Sequence record: KC295538
Source: Escherichia phage PBECO4
DNA length: 64,000 bases
Strand: one strand, 5' to 3'
Shown here piece after piece: positions 10,200 to 20,354 of the stretch. Within the stretch, counting starts at the first letter, position 1, and every line of letters begins with the position of its first letter. The notes below the pieces were generated by a model. The model did not search any database. It worked only from the letters and a program-made list of their open reading frames with translations, and was not told the DNA's origin. Both the position numbers and the translations under genes were made by a program.

Positions 10200-10738
10200 A
10201 ATTCAACCCCCAATATTTTATCAGCAATTGATATAACCTTATCATTGAATACATTACCAATCTCAATCCTTATATACATAGCAGGTGGAATCTTTCCTTG
10301 TAGTGAATAATATGTTTGTATACCTAAGTACTCATTATCTGATAATGAAAATTTGATTCTCTCCATATCAATGTCTGTTACTGGTAAATCAATCATTTCA
10401 TAATGGTAGTCAACGTTTTCAGTGTATATTTTATCGAAGTAATTTGAATAATCACTACTAATATAGATGCTATCATCACGAATAATCACTTTATAATCAG
10501 AAGGTTCAAATTTATCTTTAGAAGAAAAGAATGCATCATCTATCTTCTCTTCTCTTATACCGAATAACATTTTACCATCATATTTTACATCAAGAATACT
10601 ACCTAGTATATTAATGGTACAATGCTCATCAATATTATGACGTAAAGAATGAGTCTTGTATTTTGGGTTAATGAAAATTTTCATTAATTTTATACAAATG
10701 TCAGTAATGCATTTTACATTCTCATTTTCTATGTACAT
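10196..10738 (-). CDS. hypothetical protein
   Basis: 180 aa ORF. Confidence 0.55.
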   Translation of the reverse strand: MYIENENVKCITDICIKLMKIFINPKYKTHSLRHNIDEHCTINILGSILDVKYDGKMLFGIREEKIDDAFFSSKDKFEPSDYKVIIRDDSIYISSDYSNYFDKIYTENVDYHYEMIDLPVTDIDMERIKFSLSDNEYLGIQTYYSLQGKIPPAMYIRIEIGNVFNDKVISIADKILGVEL

Positions 10739-11216
10739 TAAAAGCCCTCTTTAATTCTTTTACATTTTTAATGAATACTTTCATTGCAGAAATCTCAAAA
10801 GATAATGTATTAAATTTGCAGTACTTTTTAAAGTACGACATAATGAATAGCATTTTGAGTTCTTTTTCTGTGTAAATTAAACTATTTTGAAAGTAACTTT
10901 CTTCTGATAAATCATCAAGAAACGGATATAAAACTCCATTTGTTCTCAAGAACATGATACCTTCACTCCATGATCTAAATGAAAGGTAATCAGTCTTACC
11001 ACATTCATATAAGGAGTTTATCATTCCATCAATCATTAAGGAGAACTCAATACTGTATCCTAATCTTTCACACTTGTATCTCTTATCTTCTTTCTTTGTA
11101 ATTACGAAGTGATGACCCAGTGAGTCTTTGTTATCGAAAATGAAATCAACTGTCTCTAAACACTCCTTAGCGAACTTCATAGTTTCTCTGTACTTTCGGT
11201 TCATTAGTCTCTCCAA
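10722..11216 (-). CDS. FamA paralog
   Basis: 164 aa; EESYFQNSLIY. Confidence 0.7.
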   Translation of the reverse strand: MERLMNRKYRETMKFAKECLETVDFIFDNKDSLGHHFVITKKEDKRYKCERLGYSIEFSLMIDGMINSLYECGKTDYLSFRSWSEGIMFLRTNGVLYPFLDDLSEESYFQNSLIYTEKELKMLFIMSYFKKYCKFNTLSFEISAMKVFIKNVKELKRAFNVHRK

Positions 11217-11617
11217 ACTTTACCAGGGAAGTGTTTCTCGTAGTACTCATCATCACTTAACATATAATCAGGAGTTTCTACTTCTATGGTTTTGAAGATT
11301 GTTTCTGGAATGTGTGTGACTTTATTGGGTTGTACTTTATGTTCGCGTAAAACCTTCTGTATCGCTCCTAGACGTTGTAAATCGATACATGTAGGAAAGA
11401 CTAAGCTGTACTGAAATAACTCATCAGGGGTCATTATAGACACATCTTTCGCTTGTTTGATTTGATAATTAGTACTAATGAATATATCAAATCCTTGTAC
11501 AGCATTATAGCTTACATAGGTTGTTTTATTTTTGTCAATAGGAGCACTTAAACGATATCCATATACCCCGTGTTGATCAACAAGACAGCGTTGTATAATT
11601 TTAATCATTTCTAACAT
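11204..11617 (-). CDS. FamA paralog
   Basis: 137 aa; PDELFQYSLVF. Confidence 0.7.
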   Translation of the reverse strand: MLEMIKIIQRCLVDQHGVYGYRLSAPIDKNKTTYVSYNAVQGFDIFISTNYQIKQAKDVSIMTPDELFQYSLVFPTCIDLQRLGAIQKVLREHKVQPNKVTHIPETIFKTIEVETPDYMLSDDEYYEKHFPGKVWRD

Positions 11618-11963
11618 AATTTACCTCATATGTATTGTAACACCACGGTTTAACAATATCGATTTGTATATCATTTGCTTCATGAAAATGTTTAAGTACC
11701 TTCTGGTATTCCATTATTTCGTACACATCTTCAGTACTGATAGTGCTCTCCTGAAATAATTCCTCTTCTGATAAAGTACTATAATCAGGGATTTTTATTT
11801 CTGAATATATATCATTTATCTTTCCATTATTTTGATAAATCTGGATATAAAATTGATTGTACTCTGGAATATAGGTTACATAATGGTTGTGGTTGATTAC
11901 ATATCTTGAAACAAAGTATTCAGTACCATCCGTCATGTACTGAATTGTTGTTGTATTATGCAT
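11601..11963 (-). CDS. FamA paralog
   Basis: 120 aa; EEELFQESTIS. Confidence 0.7.
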   Translation of the reverse strand: MHNTTTIQYMTDGTEYFVSRYVINHNHYVTYIPEYNQFYIQIYQNNGKINDIYSEIKIPDYSTLSEEELFQESTISTEDVYEIMEYQKVLKHFHEANDIQIDIVKPWCYNTYEVNYVRND

Positions 11964-12438
11964 TCAAATAATCCACGCATTGATGGTATACAACTAAATC
12001 TATAAAGAATCGTTGTTTGTATTTGTAATGATGAAGTAGTGCACCATAAAGTAATATAGCATTAAGTACTTTTGCATCATGAATACAAGACCCTTGGAAG
12101 TACATTTCTTCTGTCATGAAAACTAACTCACTATAAGGGACAAGCACTGAATCTCTAAAGGTATCAATATTAATCTTCAAATCAGACCCAGGGCAATATG
12201 AAATATATTCGGTTTTGTAATGAAAGTCATTATCATCAAAGTACTCCGCGTAGATTTGATTACCTCTAACATTAGTAAATGCTAGTCTTCCTTTAGATGA
12301 ACTGAACTCATCGTATTGAAACATACCACCAAAAGGCATTCCACCAAAAGGCTTAGGACTTCTGAACTCCTTTGCAATGCGATAGATATTTTCTGTAAAT
12401 TCTAAAACACCATCGTAATCATATTCTGTAGTAATCAT
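11956..12438 (-). CDS. FamA paralog
   Basis: 160 aa; EEMYFQGSCIHD. Confidence 0.7.
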   Translation of the reverse strand: MITTEYDYDGVLEFTENIYRIAKEFRSPKPFGGMPFGGMFQYDEFSSSKGRLAFTNVRGNQIYAEYFDDNDFHYKTEYISYCPGSDLKINIDTFRDSVLVPYSELVFMTEEMYFQGSCIHDAKVLNAILLYGALLHHYKYKQRFFIDLVVYHQCVDYLNA

Positions 12439-12911
12439 AAACCATTTTTCTCCAGGTACTCAATAATACAATCGACATTGTTCAGGTCCAAGTAGAAATG
12501 ATCACTATCGGAATTTAGTTCATTTTTAAGGGCAGTGTAAATCACAGAACTGAAAACAATCCTCTCTGGATACACAGTACTGTACTGGAAGAACTCTTCT
12601 TCAGTGTTAATTACAATCGTATTAAATGCTTCATTTATAAGAAGATGATTGTAGTATTTGAAATTATCTGAACTTGGAAAATGGTATGAAATAAAATCAC
12701 CACTTGGTACTTCATCAAGTACTCTAATGCTACAAGTTGATTCATCTGAACTATAGAGTAACCCATCCATAAATGAAAGGTATCCATTTCGTTTAATAAC
12801 TTTATGTTCCCCCACGGAAAAATCTTCAGTAACATTCGCAAGGAATTTATAAACCCTGATAATGTCTTTTGCTATTTTTTGTGCATTGCTAAATGATAGG
12901 TCTTTGGACAT
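12435..12911 (-). CDS. FamA paralog
   Basis: 158 aa; EEEFFQYSTVY ... FYLDL. Confidence 0.7.
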   Translation of the reverse strand: MSKDLSFSNAQKIAKDIIRVYKFLANVTEDFSVGEHKVIKRNGYLSFMDGLLYSSDESTCSIRVLDEVPSGDFISYHFPSSDNFKYYNHLLINEAFNTIVINTEEEFFQYSTVYPERIVFSSVIYTALKNELNSDSDHFYLDLNNVDCIIEYLEKNGL

Positions 12912-12970
12912 TGTGATATAACCCTTTACAATTAATATAAAGAGATTATATCACAAAGAATCGGAGGGTG

Positions 12971-13555
12971 TCAAGATGGGTTGCGAAGTTCTACCATTTC
13001 TTTCCAAACTAATTGGTAATCTTCTAAGTCCAGATAGAAGTCTTCATTCCAGTGCTCATAAAAGTACTTATACATGAATAGAACTCCTAAATCGTATGCA
13101 GGAAACAATAATGATAGTTGAAAGTAGTATTCCTGATTTAAAACTATATCAATGAACTCTAATGTACGTATGCCACCTTTCGATGAACGTATCTCAATGT
13201 GTGAGGTATCCTTTATACTGTAACACATGAAACCGCCTCTGAATTCTGGATCATATTCACATTCGAACTGCTCACTGTTGTTATAGAAATCTCTCCCACT
13301 TTCTTTATCTTTCGGTCTACGTACTGATACATGAATATTGTTATCACGGTACATTGAACGATTTAGTATTTTCAAACATTTGAACTTATTTTCTTTAATG
13401 AACTTGATAATATCAATTATATCTTGTGCTGTACTGATAGCTGATTCGAATGTATCCAACTTAAGATGATTATATTGTGTTCCATTGTTCATTTTTTCAT
13501 CTAACATATAAACCTCATAATTCATACATTTTTGATTTGAACTGCATATGACCAC
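12971..13555 (-). CDS. FamA paralog
   Basis: 194 aa; QEYYFQLSLLF ... FYLDL. Confidence 0.7.
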   Translation of the reverse strand: MVICSSNQKCMNYEVYMLDEKMNNGTQYNHLKLDTFESAISTAQDIIDIIKFIKENKFKCLKILNRSMYRDNNIHVSVRRPKDKESGRDFYNNSEQFECEYDPEFRGGFMCYSIKDTSHIEIRSSKGGIRTLEFIDIVLNQEYYFQLSLLFPAYDLGVLFMYKYFYEHWNEDFYLDLEDYQLVWKEMVELRNPS

Positions 13556-13850
13556 CTATTTCACATGGATAACAATTCATAATTTTGTTCAATAAAATCT
13601 GGTATTTTTTAATAACTTCTATATCAATTTTTATATTACTATTAAAAACTAATGATTCTTGAAATAATTCACCCTCGTCAAGTGAAGTAAAATCATTTAT
13701 CTTCAACGGTATATTGTTGCATCGCAAGGAGAATGTATTTTCATCACGAATTAAAGTATAGAAATCATTATGTTTTTTATTATAATCAAATTTCACAAGT
13801 AGTAGTTTAATATGAGTAGCGTACATTACTTTCACTAATTCAGTCTTCAT
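13515..13850 (-). CDS. FamA paralog
   Basis: 111 aa; EGELFQESLVF. Confidence 0.7.
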   Translation of the reverse strand: MKTELVKVMYATHIKLLLVKFDYNKKHNDFYTLIRDENTFSLRCNNIPLKINDFTSLDEGELFQESLVFNSNIKIDIEVIKKYQILLNKIMNCYPCEIGGHMQFKSKMYEL

Positions 13851-14202
13851 AACGGAATAAAATTCTCCTGTACTGCTCCGGTCCAGTACTCAATCTCTTC
13901 ACTGGATAATTATCAAAGATTCTTTTCATTTCTTTCTGGATTAAACATAAGAAATCAAAGTTACAATCGTACTTATTATCCCATACTAAACTTTCTTGGA
14001 ATAACTCATCCTCTTGCATTAGTGTAGTGTCAATTACATCTTCACGAACATAGCTATATACTTCATAGCTCTTGAAGCCATCTTCTGATAATTCTAATTC
14101 ATATGCAGCCATATCAAACATATCATCATGGTTTGTCTTCAATGATATAAAACAAGTAACTAATTTTTTAGTTGTATAGTATGTAATACTTAATGTGTTC
14201 AT
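13840..14202 (-). CDS. FamA paralog
   Basis: 120 aa; EDELFQESLVWD. Confidence 0.7.
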   Translation of the reverse strand: MNTLSITYYTTKKLVTCFISLKTNHDDMFDMAAYELELSEDGFKSYEVYSYVREDVIDTTLMQEDELFQESLVWDNKYDCNFDFLCLIQKEMKRIFDNYPVKRLSTGPEQYRRILFRYED

Positions 14203-14207
14203 TTGTT

Positions 14208-14810
14208 TTATACCTCAGTATAAAGCTTACAATAGCTTTCATCAAAATCACAAACACTTCTCAAGTACTGACACAGGTCAGTAAAAATATTTACATTTGC
14301 TATATATACATTATCAAATTCTACTCGTTGAAAGAATGTATGCATAGAATTTGTAATATATCTCATTGCAGATTCACGTTCCATCGTTAAATCATTTGTG
14401 AACATTGCATCTTCATCAGTACTGACTAATTCAATATCAAATGATTGCATATATGGAATACTCTTTCCTAGGGCATAACTATCACCATATGATGCTTCTA
14501 CTGCACCGTTAGAATACACCAATTGATATAAGTCCGAAATAGGGTTATAAAAAGTGCGGCAAATTGAGGAACATAATTTATTATTCATCCAATAGAAAAC
14601 CCTATTTGAATTACCGTCAAATGCTATACGCAATCCATCACCATCTAGAGTAATAATCCCATCCAGAATAAAAGAGAACTGAACTAATGCTTTTTCTAAG
14701 TCCATTCTTTTGTGATAAATGATTTCTTGCATATAGATAATATCATTTACTAATTTCTTAAAAAACAAATGCACATCTGCACTACAACATTTATTTGCAT
14801 TTATTGGCAT
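14208..14810 (-). CDS. FamA-like paralog (divergent)
   Basis: 200 aa; EKALVQFSFILD. Confidence 0.55.
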   Translation of the reverse strand: MPINANKCCSADVHLFFKKLVNDIIYMQEIIYHKRMDLEKALVQFSFILDGIITLDGDGLRIAFDGNSNRVFYWMNNKLCSSICRTFYNPISDLYQLVYSNGAVEASYGDSYALGKSIPYMQSFDIELVSTDEDAMFTNDLTMERESAMRYITNSMHTFFQRVEFDNVYIANVNIFTDLCQYLRSVCDFDESYCKLYTEV

Positions 14811-15361
14811 AATAGTTCCTTATACATATTATGTACTTTACAAATCTCATTATAGTATTTCATATCAATATCATTTGTATTAAAAACGGAAACAGACAAT
14901 ACCGCTAAATCATCAATGAAGTAATTATTATCGGCGTACTCTTTTAACTTATTGAACATATAGATGCATTTTATACTTAATTCATCATGCAACACACTGT
15001 TCTGAAAAATATTCTCTTCAGTATTAGGAGATAAGTAATCTTCAATTATATACGATAAACTACTATCGCAATCTTTATAGATTGAAATTGATGGATGTAA
15101 TGTGTCATACATTACACAAAACAGATCACCGTCATATGTGGATATTAAACTATTATTGGAAACAGTAGGATGATAATATTTCAGTACTGAAAACTTTGAA
15201 CAATCAGTGCAGTAAAAATGATCCATCCCTCGACGACTTTCGTATGAGAATAGTTTACTTGTATATTCAATCCCTTTGGTGCGACGGATTGTTTCATGCA
15301 TTTCATTGCATTGCATTAAAATTACCATACGTTCAAACGCAAGATCTAAATCATCGTACAT
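14801..15361 (-). CDS. FamA paralog
   Basis: 186 aa; EENIFQNSVLHD. Confidence 0.7.
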   Translation of the reverse strand: MYDDLDLAFERMVILMQCNEMHETIRRTKGIEYTSKLFSYESRRGMDHFYCTDCSKFSVLKYYHPTVSNNSLISTYDGDLFCVMYDTLHPSISIYKDCDSSLSYIIEDYLSPNTEENIFQNSVLHDELSIKCIYMFNKLKEYADNNYFIDDLAVLSVSVFNTNDIDMKYYNEICKVHNMYKELLCQ

Positions 15362-15542
15362 AACGGATATCCTTCTTCAACGAATTAATATATTCTAAAA
15401 TAACTTGTTCTTGGTATTGGGTTCCTAAGTACATCAGTACTTTCAACTCTTTGAATTCAGTACTATATGAGTCTGTTTGCATCATTCTAGTAGAATATAT
15501 ATTGAATAGTTTAGCAATGTCATTTTGGTCTATTATTATCAT
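15351..15542 (-). CDS. FamB paralog (LGTxxQE motif) embedded in FamA array
   Basis: 63 aa; MYLGTQYQEQVI. Confidence 0.6.
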   Translation of the reverse strand: MIIIDQNDIAKLFNIYSTRMMQTDSYSTEFKELKVLMYLGTQYQEQVILEYINSLKKDIRYVR

Positions 15543-15738
15543 ATATTCTCTTCTGGATTAGTTCCTGTAAGTGCTGAATATAACCCTTCATTGCAACATC
15601 CTGTTTGTTAGAGCCAACGAAGAACAAGAGCTTAAAGTCATGGTAATCCATTTTTGGTTTAGTAGTGAACCATATGTCCCACACTGCACTCACAGTTCTC
15701 ATGTATTCAATTCGATTAAATGTTTTTGAATACTTCAT
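15520..15738 (-). CDS. FamB-like paralog embedded in FamA array
   Basis: 72 aa; FFVGSNKQDVAM. Confidence 0.55.
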   Translation of the reverse strand: MKYSKTFNRIEYMRTVSAVWDIWFTTKPKMDYHDFKLLFFVGSNKQDVAMKGYIQHLQELIQKRIYDNNRPK

Positions 15739-16252
15739 CGATGTTCATCGCCAATAAGTTAATATACAAATTACTGTTAAATGCAATCTGCAATTCCATA
15801 TAGAACTGAATGATAGCATAGTCAGGGTCAGTACACGATAGTTGAAAACACTGTTCGTCAAATGCATTGTAATTGTACTTAGGGATGTGAATTTCACGCT
15901 TCAAATCAGGTTGACCCCACTTCATCGCATACACACCAATGTTATTGTTCTTTTTCCTTTTCTTAAATGTTAATTGTTGAATATTTCCAGCGTTGTCTAG
16001 GAAAATAGTATTATTCGACACAGGTGCACCAATAGAAAACAATGATGTATCAATTACGTGTGTCTCACGCACCTCACACTTCTGGAATGCCCCAGTACCC
16101 TGTAATACATAATGAAAATTGTACTTCTCATTAACAACAGTACTAGGATCGATTAAACCAGTACTGCATTTTTTGAGTACTGGTACAATGGTGCGAATCT
16201 TTTTTGATAAATCTTGTAATGCATCAAAGTCATTGATGTTAACTTTCATCAC
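15716..16252 (-). CDS. FamA-like paralog (divergent)
   Basis: 178 aa; DEQCFQLSCTD. Confidence 0.55.
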   Translation of the reverse strand: MMKVNINDFDALQDLSKKIRTIVPVLKKCSTGLIDPSTVVNEKYNFHYVLQGTGAFQKCEVRETHVIDTSLFSIGAPVSNNTIFLDNAGNIQQLTFKKRKKNNNIGVYAMKWGQPDLKREIHIPKYNYNAFDEQCFQLSCTDPDYAIIQFYMELQIAFNSNLYINLLAMNIDEVFKNI

Positions 16253-16698
16253 TCGAATGTAGCCTCTTCAGTAGTAACAAAATTGGTTAGTGTATCCAGT
16301 TCAGCAGTGTCAAGATAAAATACATCTAGTACAGATTTCTGATATATTACACTGAATGTGCATAGATTGTCAAGTGTTCCTTGTTCATAAACAGTACTAC
16401 CCTGGAAGTACCCTTCTTCAGTACTCAGGGATAAAATATCTGAAATTTTAAAAGATTCTTCAGTTGTATGTCTTTCTATATTAACTATATTGCCGTTTCG
16501 GTTCAATGAAATATAATCGTATGCTAACTCAATTAGACTATAATTATCCGCATTAGTGTCAAATAAAGCGACAATTTTTCGTCTCAATCTCTCATCGTGA
16601 TCATGGTTTTCATCAGCTAAGTATTCAGGATTTTCTTTGAAGAACTTAACAACTTTTAGAATATCATTTGCTTTCTTGATTGCACTTTCGTAACTCAT
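16249..16698 (-). CDS. FamA paralog
   Basis: 149 aa; EEGYFQGSTVY ... FYLDT. Confidence 0.7.
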   Translation of the reverse strand: MSYESAIKKANDILKVVKFFKENPEYLADENHDHDERLRRKIVALFDTNADNYSLIELAYDYISLNRNGNIVNIERHTTEESFKISDILSLSTEEGYFQGSTVYEQGTLDNLCTFSVIYQKSVLDVFYLDTAELDTLTNFVTTEEATFE

Positions 16699-17003
16699 AA
16701 TAATTCAACCACTCCATCTCTAAAGTACATATAACTACCACCATTGGATACTGTGAATTCTATTGTCCCCAATAATATATTATATTTTTTTATTTCACAT
16801 GTAGTACTTGTAGTGTAAGGCTCACCATCTCCTAAGTACATTGACATATGACATAGAACTTTTCTACCAGCATATTTCTCTTCAAACGATTGTTCAAAAC
16901 TATGCATAATTTGATTTAAAGCTGAAATGTAATTAATAAAGTCAGGTATTTCTGTCAATGAATTATAAACCGTACAAAGTGAATCAAATTCATTTTTAGT
17001 CAT
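16695..17003 (-). CDS. hypothetical protein
   Basis: 102 aa ORF; no family motif. Confidence 0.55.
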   Translation of the reverse strand: MTKNEFDSLCTVYNSLTEIPDFINYISALNQIMHSFEQSFEEKYAGRKVLCHMSMYLGDGEPYTTSTTCEIKKYNILLGTIEFTVSNGGSYMYFRDGVVELL

Positions 17004-17317
17004 TATATTTCTATCTCAATGTAATCCTGTGTGATTAAGTAATCCCAATGATACTTCACCTGCTTTTGTAATTCAATTAACGTAAAGAAGTTGATCGATT
17101 TATCCCACACGAGCGATTCCTGGAAAATAAATGATTCATGTTCATCGTAATAATCACACTCTAAAAAATCAGGTATATATTCACTATCGTGAATGTATTC
17201 AACAAACGAACTAGCTTGGCATTTCTTTACTACTAGTAATAATGAATTATCATGATCAAACAGATACAATAAACTAATTTCACCAGGGACGTACTGAACA
17301 CTGAATAAGTTTTTCAT
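17003..17317 (-). CDS. FamA paralog
   Basis: 104 aa; ESFIFQESLVWD. Confidence 0.7.
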   Translation of the reverse strand: MKNLFSVQYVPGEISLLYLFDHDNSLLLVVKKCQASSFVEYIHDSEYIPDFLECDYYDEHESFIFQESLVWDKSINFFTLIELQKQVKYHWDYLITQDYIEIEI

Positions 17318-17766
17318 TCTATACCTTCTGGATCTTTACGAAGTTCTTCGAAATCCAAATAAAATCGAGGACAGTTAACACTCTTTAAGTACCACATAAT
17401 AACTAATGCTTCAAGTACTTCATCATCGTAAACAGTACTGTTTTGGAAGTAATATTCTTCACTATCCCACGGACCATCCAGTACTTCATAATTCAAAATT
17501 AATGGTTTTTTGCGATTAATAAAACGAATGCTACCATTTTCAACATAACTAATAAATTCTGCATCTCTATTGTATTCAGAAAACGATATAGGACTATTGG
17601 AATTCAACCCAAGAATAACCCTTACACCAACGGAGTTATTATACATTTCATCTTTGTAGTAGTTGCCGTTCTCGGCTTTGTACACTTCTTTGAACTTTCC
17701 TGCCTTTATATCGTCAAAGTATCCATGTAGTTCTTTTGCTTTTTCAAGAGCACTTTGTAATGACAT
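17314..17766 (-). CDS. FamA paralog, MSLQSALEKAK subfamily copy 1
   Basis: 150 aa; WDSEEYYFQNSTVYD; FYLDFEEL. Confidence 0.75.
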   Translation of the reverse strand: MSLQSALEKAKELHGYFDDIKAGKFKEVYKAENGNYYKDEMYNNSVGVRVILGLNSNSPISFSEYNRDAEFISYVENGSIRFINRKKPLILNYEVLDGPWDSEEYYFQNSTVYDDEVLEALVIMWYLKSVNCPRFYLDFEELRKDPEGIE

Positions 17767-18232
17767 TACCTTCTCCTACAGTATTCTCTACATATTCATA
17801 ATCAAAATAGAAACTACTGGAGTCAATACTTTTGAAATACCACATAATCACAATAACATCCAGTTCTTCTTCATTGTACAACGTACTATTCTGGAAGTAA
17901 TACTCTTCACTATCCCACGGACCTTCTAGTACTGAATAAGGAATGATAGTGTCATCAGCATCACTATCTGTGTTGTAGATGGTAATATCTTCATTACGGC
18001 AATAACTAATGTACTGATTGTACATATGATATTCACAGTTATCACTGTCACCAGTATCAGTGTGCAGTACTAATGTTTCTGCACATATCTCGGACTCGTC
18101 ATAATCGTCACGGTCTTTTACAAAAAATTCAGTATCAGATGTTTTATATACACCTGGAACTGAACCTTCTTGTACCATAATCATATACTCATGAATCTTC
18201 TTTGCTTCTTTCAATGCACTTTGTAACGACAT
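17744..18232 (-). CDS. FamA paralog, MSLQSALEKAK subfamily copy 2
   Basis: 162 aa; WDSEEYYFQNSTLYN. Confidence 0.75.
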   Translation of the reverse strand: MSLQSALKEAKKIHEYMIMVQEGSVPGVYKTSDTEFFVKDRDDYDESEICAETLVLHTDTGDSDNCEYHMYNQYISYCRNEDITIYNTDSDADDTIIPYSVLEGPWDSEEYYFQNSTLYNEEELDVIVIMWYFKSIDSSSFYFDYEYVENTVGEGNVITKCS

Positions 18233-18675
18233 TACAAATCCCCTGAACTTAAATATTCACATGCTCCCCAGTCAAGAAAGAATGGTTCAAAATTCAATTC
18301 CTTAAAGTACCACAACACAACCAAGGAATCAAGCATTTCTTGGTTAAAAATGAAACTCTGTTGGAAGTAATACTCTTCAGTACCCCACGGGCCATCAAGT
18401 ACCCCGAAGTCAACAGGTGCATTTGATGTGTCAAACGTAATCTTAGTACCTGGAATATATACAAAAAAACTAGTATATTGACTACATGAAGAGTACTGTA
18501 TAGTATTGTCTTTATCCTGTCCCATAAGTAAAATATCATCAGAATATGTCTTTATACCTGATAGATAATACTCATCACCAAATGCACTTACTTTATCACC
18601 ATAGAACCCACTTTTTATGTTATCGTGGAAGTGATGTATTCTGTGTGCTAGTTCAAGTGCACTTGCTAAACTCAT
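18232..18675 (-). CDS. FamA paralog, MSLQSALEKAK subfamily copy 3
   Basis: 147 aa; WGTEEYYFQQSFIFN. Confidence 0.75.
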   Translation of the reverse strand: MSLASALELAHRIHHFHDNIKSGFYGDKVSAFGDEYYLSGIKTYSDDILLMGQDKDNTIQYSSCSQYTSFFVYIPGTKITFDTSNAPVDFGVLDGPWGTEEYYFQQSFIFNQEMLDSLVVLWYFKELNFEPFFLDWGACEYLSSGDL

Positions 18676-19142
18676 ATATCCTCTTTAATAACTCGTAGTA
18701 GATCCAAGTCCAAATAGAAGCTAGGACAATCTGTATTATTAAAGTACCACAGAATGACAAGCTTGTCAAGTACATCTTCTGCGTAGATCGTATTCTGCTG
18801 GAAGTAGTACTCTTCACTTCCCCAGTCATTATCCAGTACTGAATACGGAAGATGTTTCTCTGCTGCACCAGATATAATGTCAGAATCTTGTATTAAAATA
18901 TCAGCATCACGACAGAAGTACATGTAATTATCTTCCAAATTAACATCACACCCATTGAGTGTTGTTTCAGAAGAATCTAAGTTTTCTTCATACATGTGAA
19001 TGTACTCACTACTGTCATCGTATCTCATTCGACAATAAGATTTACCTTCCTTGAATAGATATCCATTGAGACAATTTGCTACAATTTCTTTGCTGCATAA
19101 ATCAATTAACTTCGCAATCTCTAATGCTCTTTCTAAACTCAT
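18672..19142 (-). CDS. FamA paralog, MSLQSALEKAK subfamily copy 4
   Basis: 156 aa; WGSEEYYFQQNTIYA. Confidence 0.75.
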   Translation of the reverse strand: MSLERALEIAKLIDLCSKEIVANCLNGYLFKEGKSYCRMRYDDSSEYIHMYEENLDSSETTLNGCDVNLEDNYMYFCRDADILIQDSDIISGAAEKHLPYSVLDNDWGSEEYYFQQNTIYAEDVLDKLVILWYFNNTDCPSFYLDLDLLRVIKEDI

Positions 19143-19143
19143 T

Positions 19144-19635
19144 TTAACCCCTGTTAATACCGTTATCTACAGTTTTCTTTACGTATTTGTAATCGAAATA
19201 GAAGTTCCCAGAACCAATACTTTTAAAGTACCACATAATTATAATAACATCAAGCACTTCATTATCGTATACAGTACTTTGTTGGAAGTAATACTCTTCA
19301 CTATCCCACGGACCTTCCAGTACTTCACTCGGAATTATAATGTCATCGGAATCGCTATCAGTACTGTAGATGGTATCTGTATCATTAATATAGACCATGT
19401 ACTCATTATGCATATTAATGAAGCATTCATAATCATTAGGGTCGGTATCCAGTACACACGTTTCTGTATCCAGTACGCACGTTTCTGTATCTGAGTCGTC
19501 ATTATTAAGGAGGTTATCCGGTACATAATATTGAGTACTTGTGTCTTTGAAAACACCGTAAACTGAACCTTCTTTTGCCATATTCATGTACTCATGAATC
19601 TTCTTTGCTTTTTCCAATGAACTCTGTAATGTCAT
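19144..19635 (-). CDS. FamA paralog, MSLQSALEKAK subfamily copy 5
   Basis: 163 aa; WDSEEYYFQQSTVYD. Confidence 0.75.
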   Translation of the reverse strand: MTLQSSLEKAKKIHEYMNMAKEGSVYGVFKDTSTQYYVPDNLLNNDDSDTETCVLDTETCVLDTDPNDYECFINMHNEYMVYINDTDTIYSTDSDSDDIIIPSEVLEGPWDSEEYYFQQSTVYDNEVLDVIIIMWYFKSIGSGNFYFDYKYVKKTVDNGINRG

Positions 19636-19644
19636 TTTATAATC

Positions 19645-19998
19645 TCATATATTGAAATAATAATTATTCGTTCTTGATGGGGATGGATTAAATACGTTTT
19701 CTTTTTCAAATCTCTTCATTTCATTTTGCAAAGAAACCATTTCTTCAAATGTACAGGAGTACTTATTCTTATCAAACACTAATGCAGCCTGAAATAGTTC
19801 ACCATCGTCCAGTACTGTATAATCTATAAGACTCTCAGATTCATAGTCATCATGTGATACATGAATAAATTTAAAACAAGAATCTTTGTAATGCATATAT
19901 AAACTCAACTCATGTTCCGAGTCTCCCTTAATAAGATTACAGCACAAGTCCCATCCTTTAGGTAACTTATAATAGTACATAGAATAATCATATGTCAT
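19645..19998 (-). CDS. FamA paralog, LFQxALVFDKKY subfamily
   Basis: 117 aa; DGELFQAALVFDKNKYSCTFEEM. Confidence 0.7.
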   Translation of the reverse strand: MTYDYSMYYYKLPKGWDLCCNLIKGDSEHELSLYMHYKDSCFKFIHVSHDDYESESLIDYTVLDDGELFQAALVFDKNKYSCTFEEMVSLQNEMKRFEKENVFNPSPSRTNNYYFNI

Positions 19999-20354
19999 TC
20001 TTGAATTCCTAAATTGAATTTGTATTCTTGATTAATACTTGCATTGGGTTTATTCAAAGCAGCATACTCTTTCATTTCATTTTGTATTGCAATAACTTCT
20101 TCAAATGTACACAAGTACTTCTTATCAAATACTAATGATTCTTGGAATAGTTCTGCGGTATCCATTAATGTATAGTCAGGCATATCTTGGTGTGGATACT
20201 GTAATGAACTGTAATCAATGAATGTAAATTTACCCTGAGTGTAATGAATATACTCATTTGCACTGTGCATTAAATCACCTTTGTTTAAATTACAAAAGTA
20301 CTGATAACTGTGCTTAAAAGAATGTACTGATATTAAAAAATCAAATTCCATCAC
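19995..20354 (-). CDS. FamA paralog, LFQxALVFDKKY subfamily
   Basis: 119 aa; TAELFQESLVFDKKYLCTFEEV. Confidence 0.7.
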   Translation of the reverse strand: MMEFDFLISVHSFKHSYQYFCNLNKGDLMHSANEYIHYTQGKFTFIDYSSLQYPHQDMPDYTLMDTAELFQESLVFDKKYLCTFEEVIAIQNEMKEYAALNKPNASINQEYKFNLGIQE

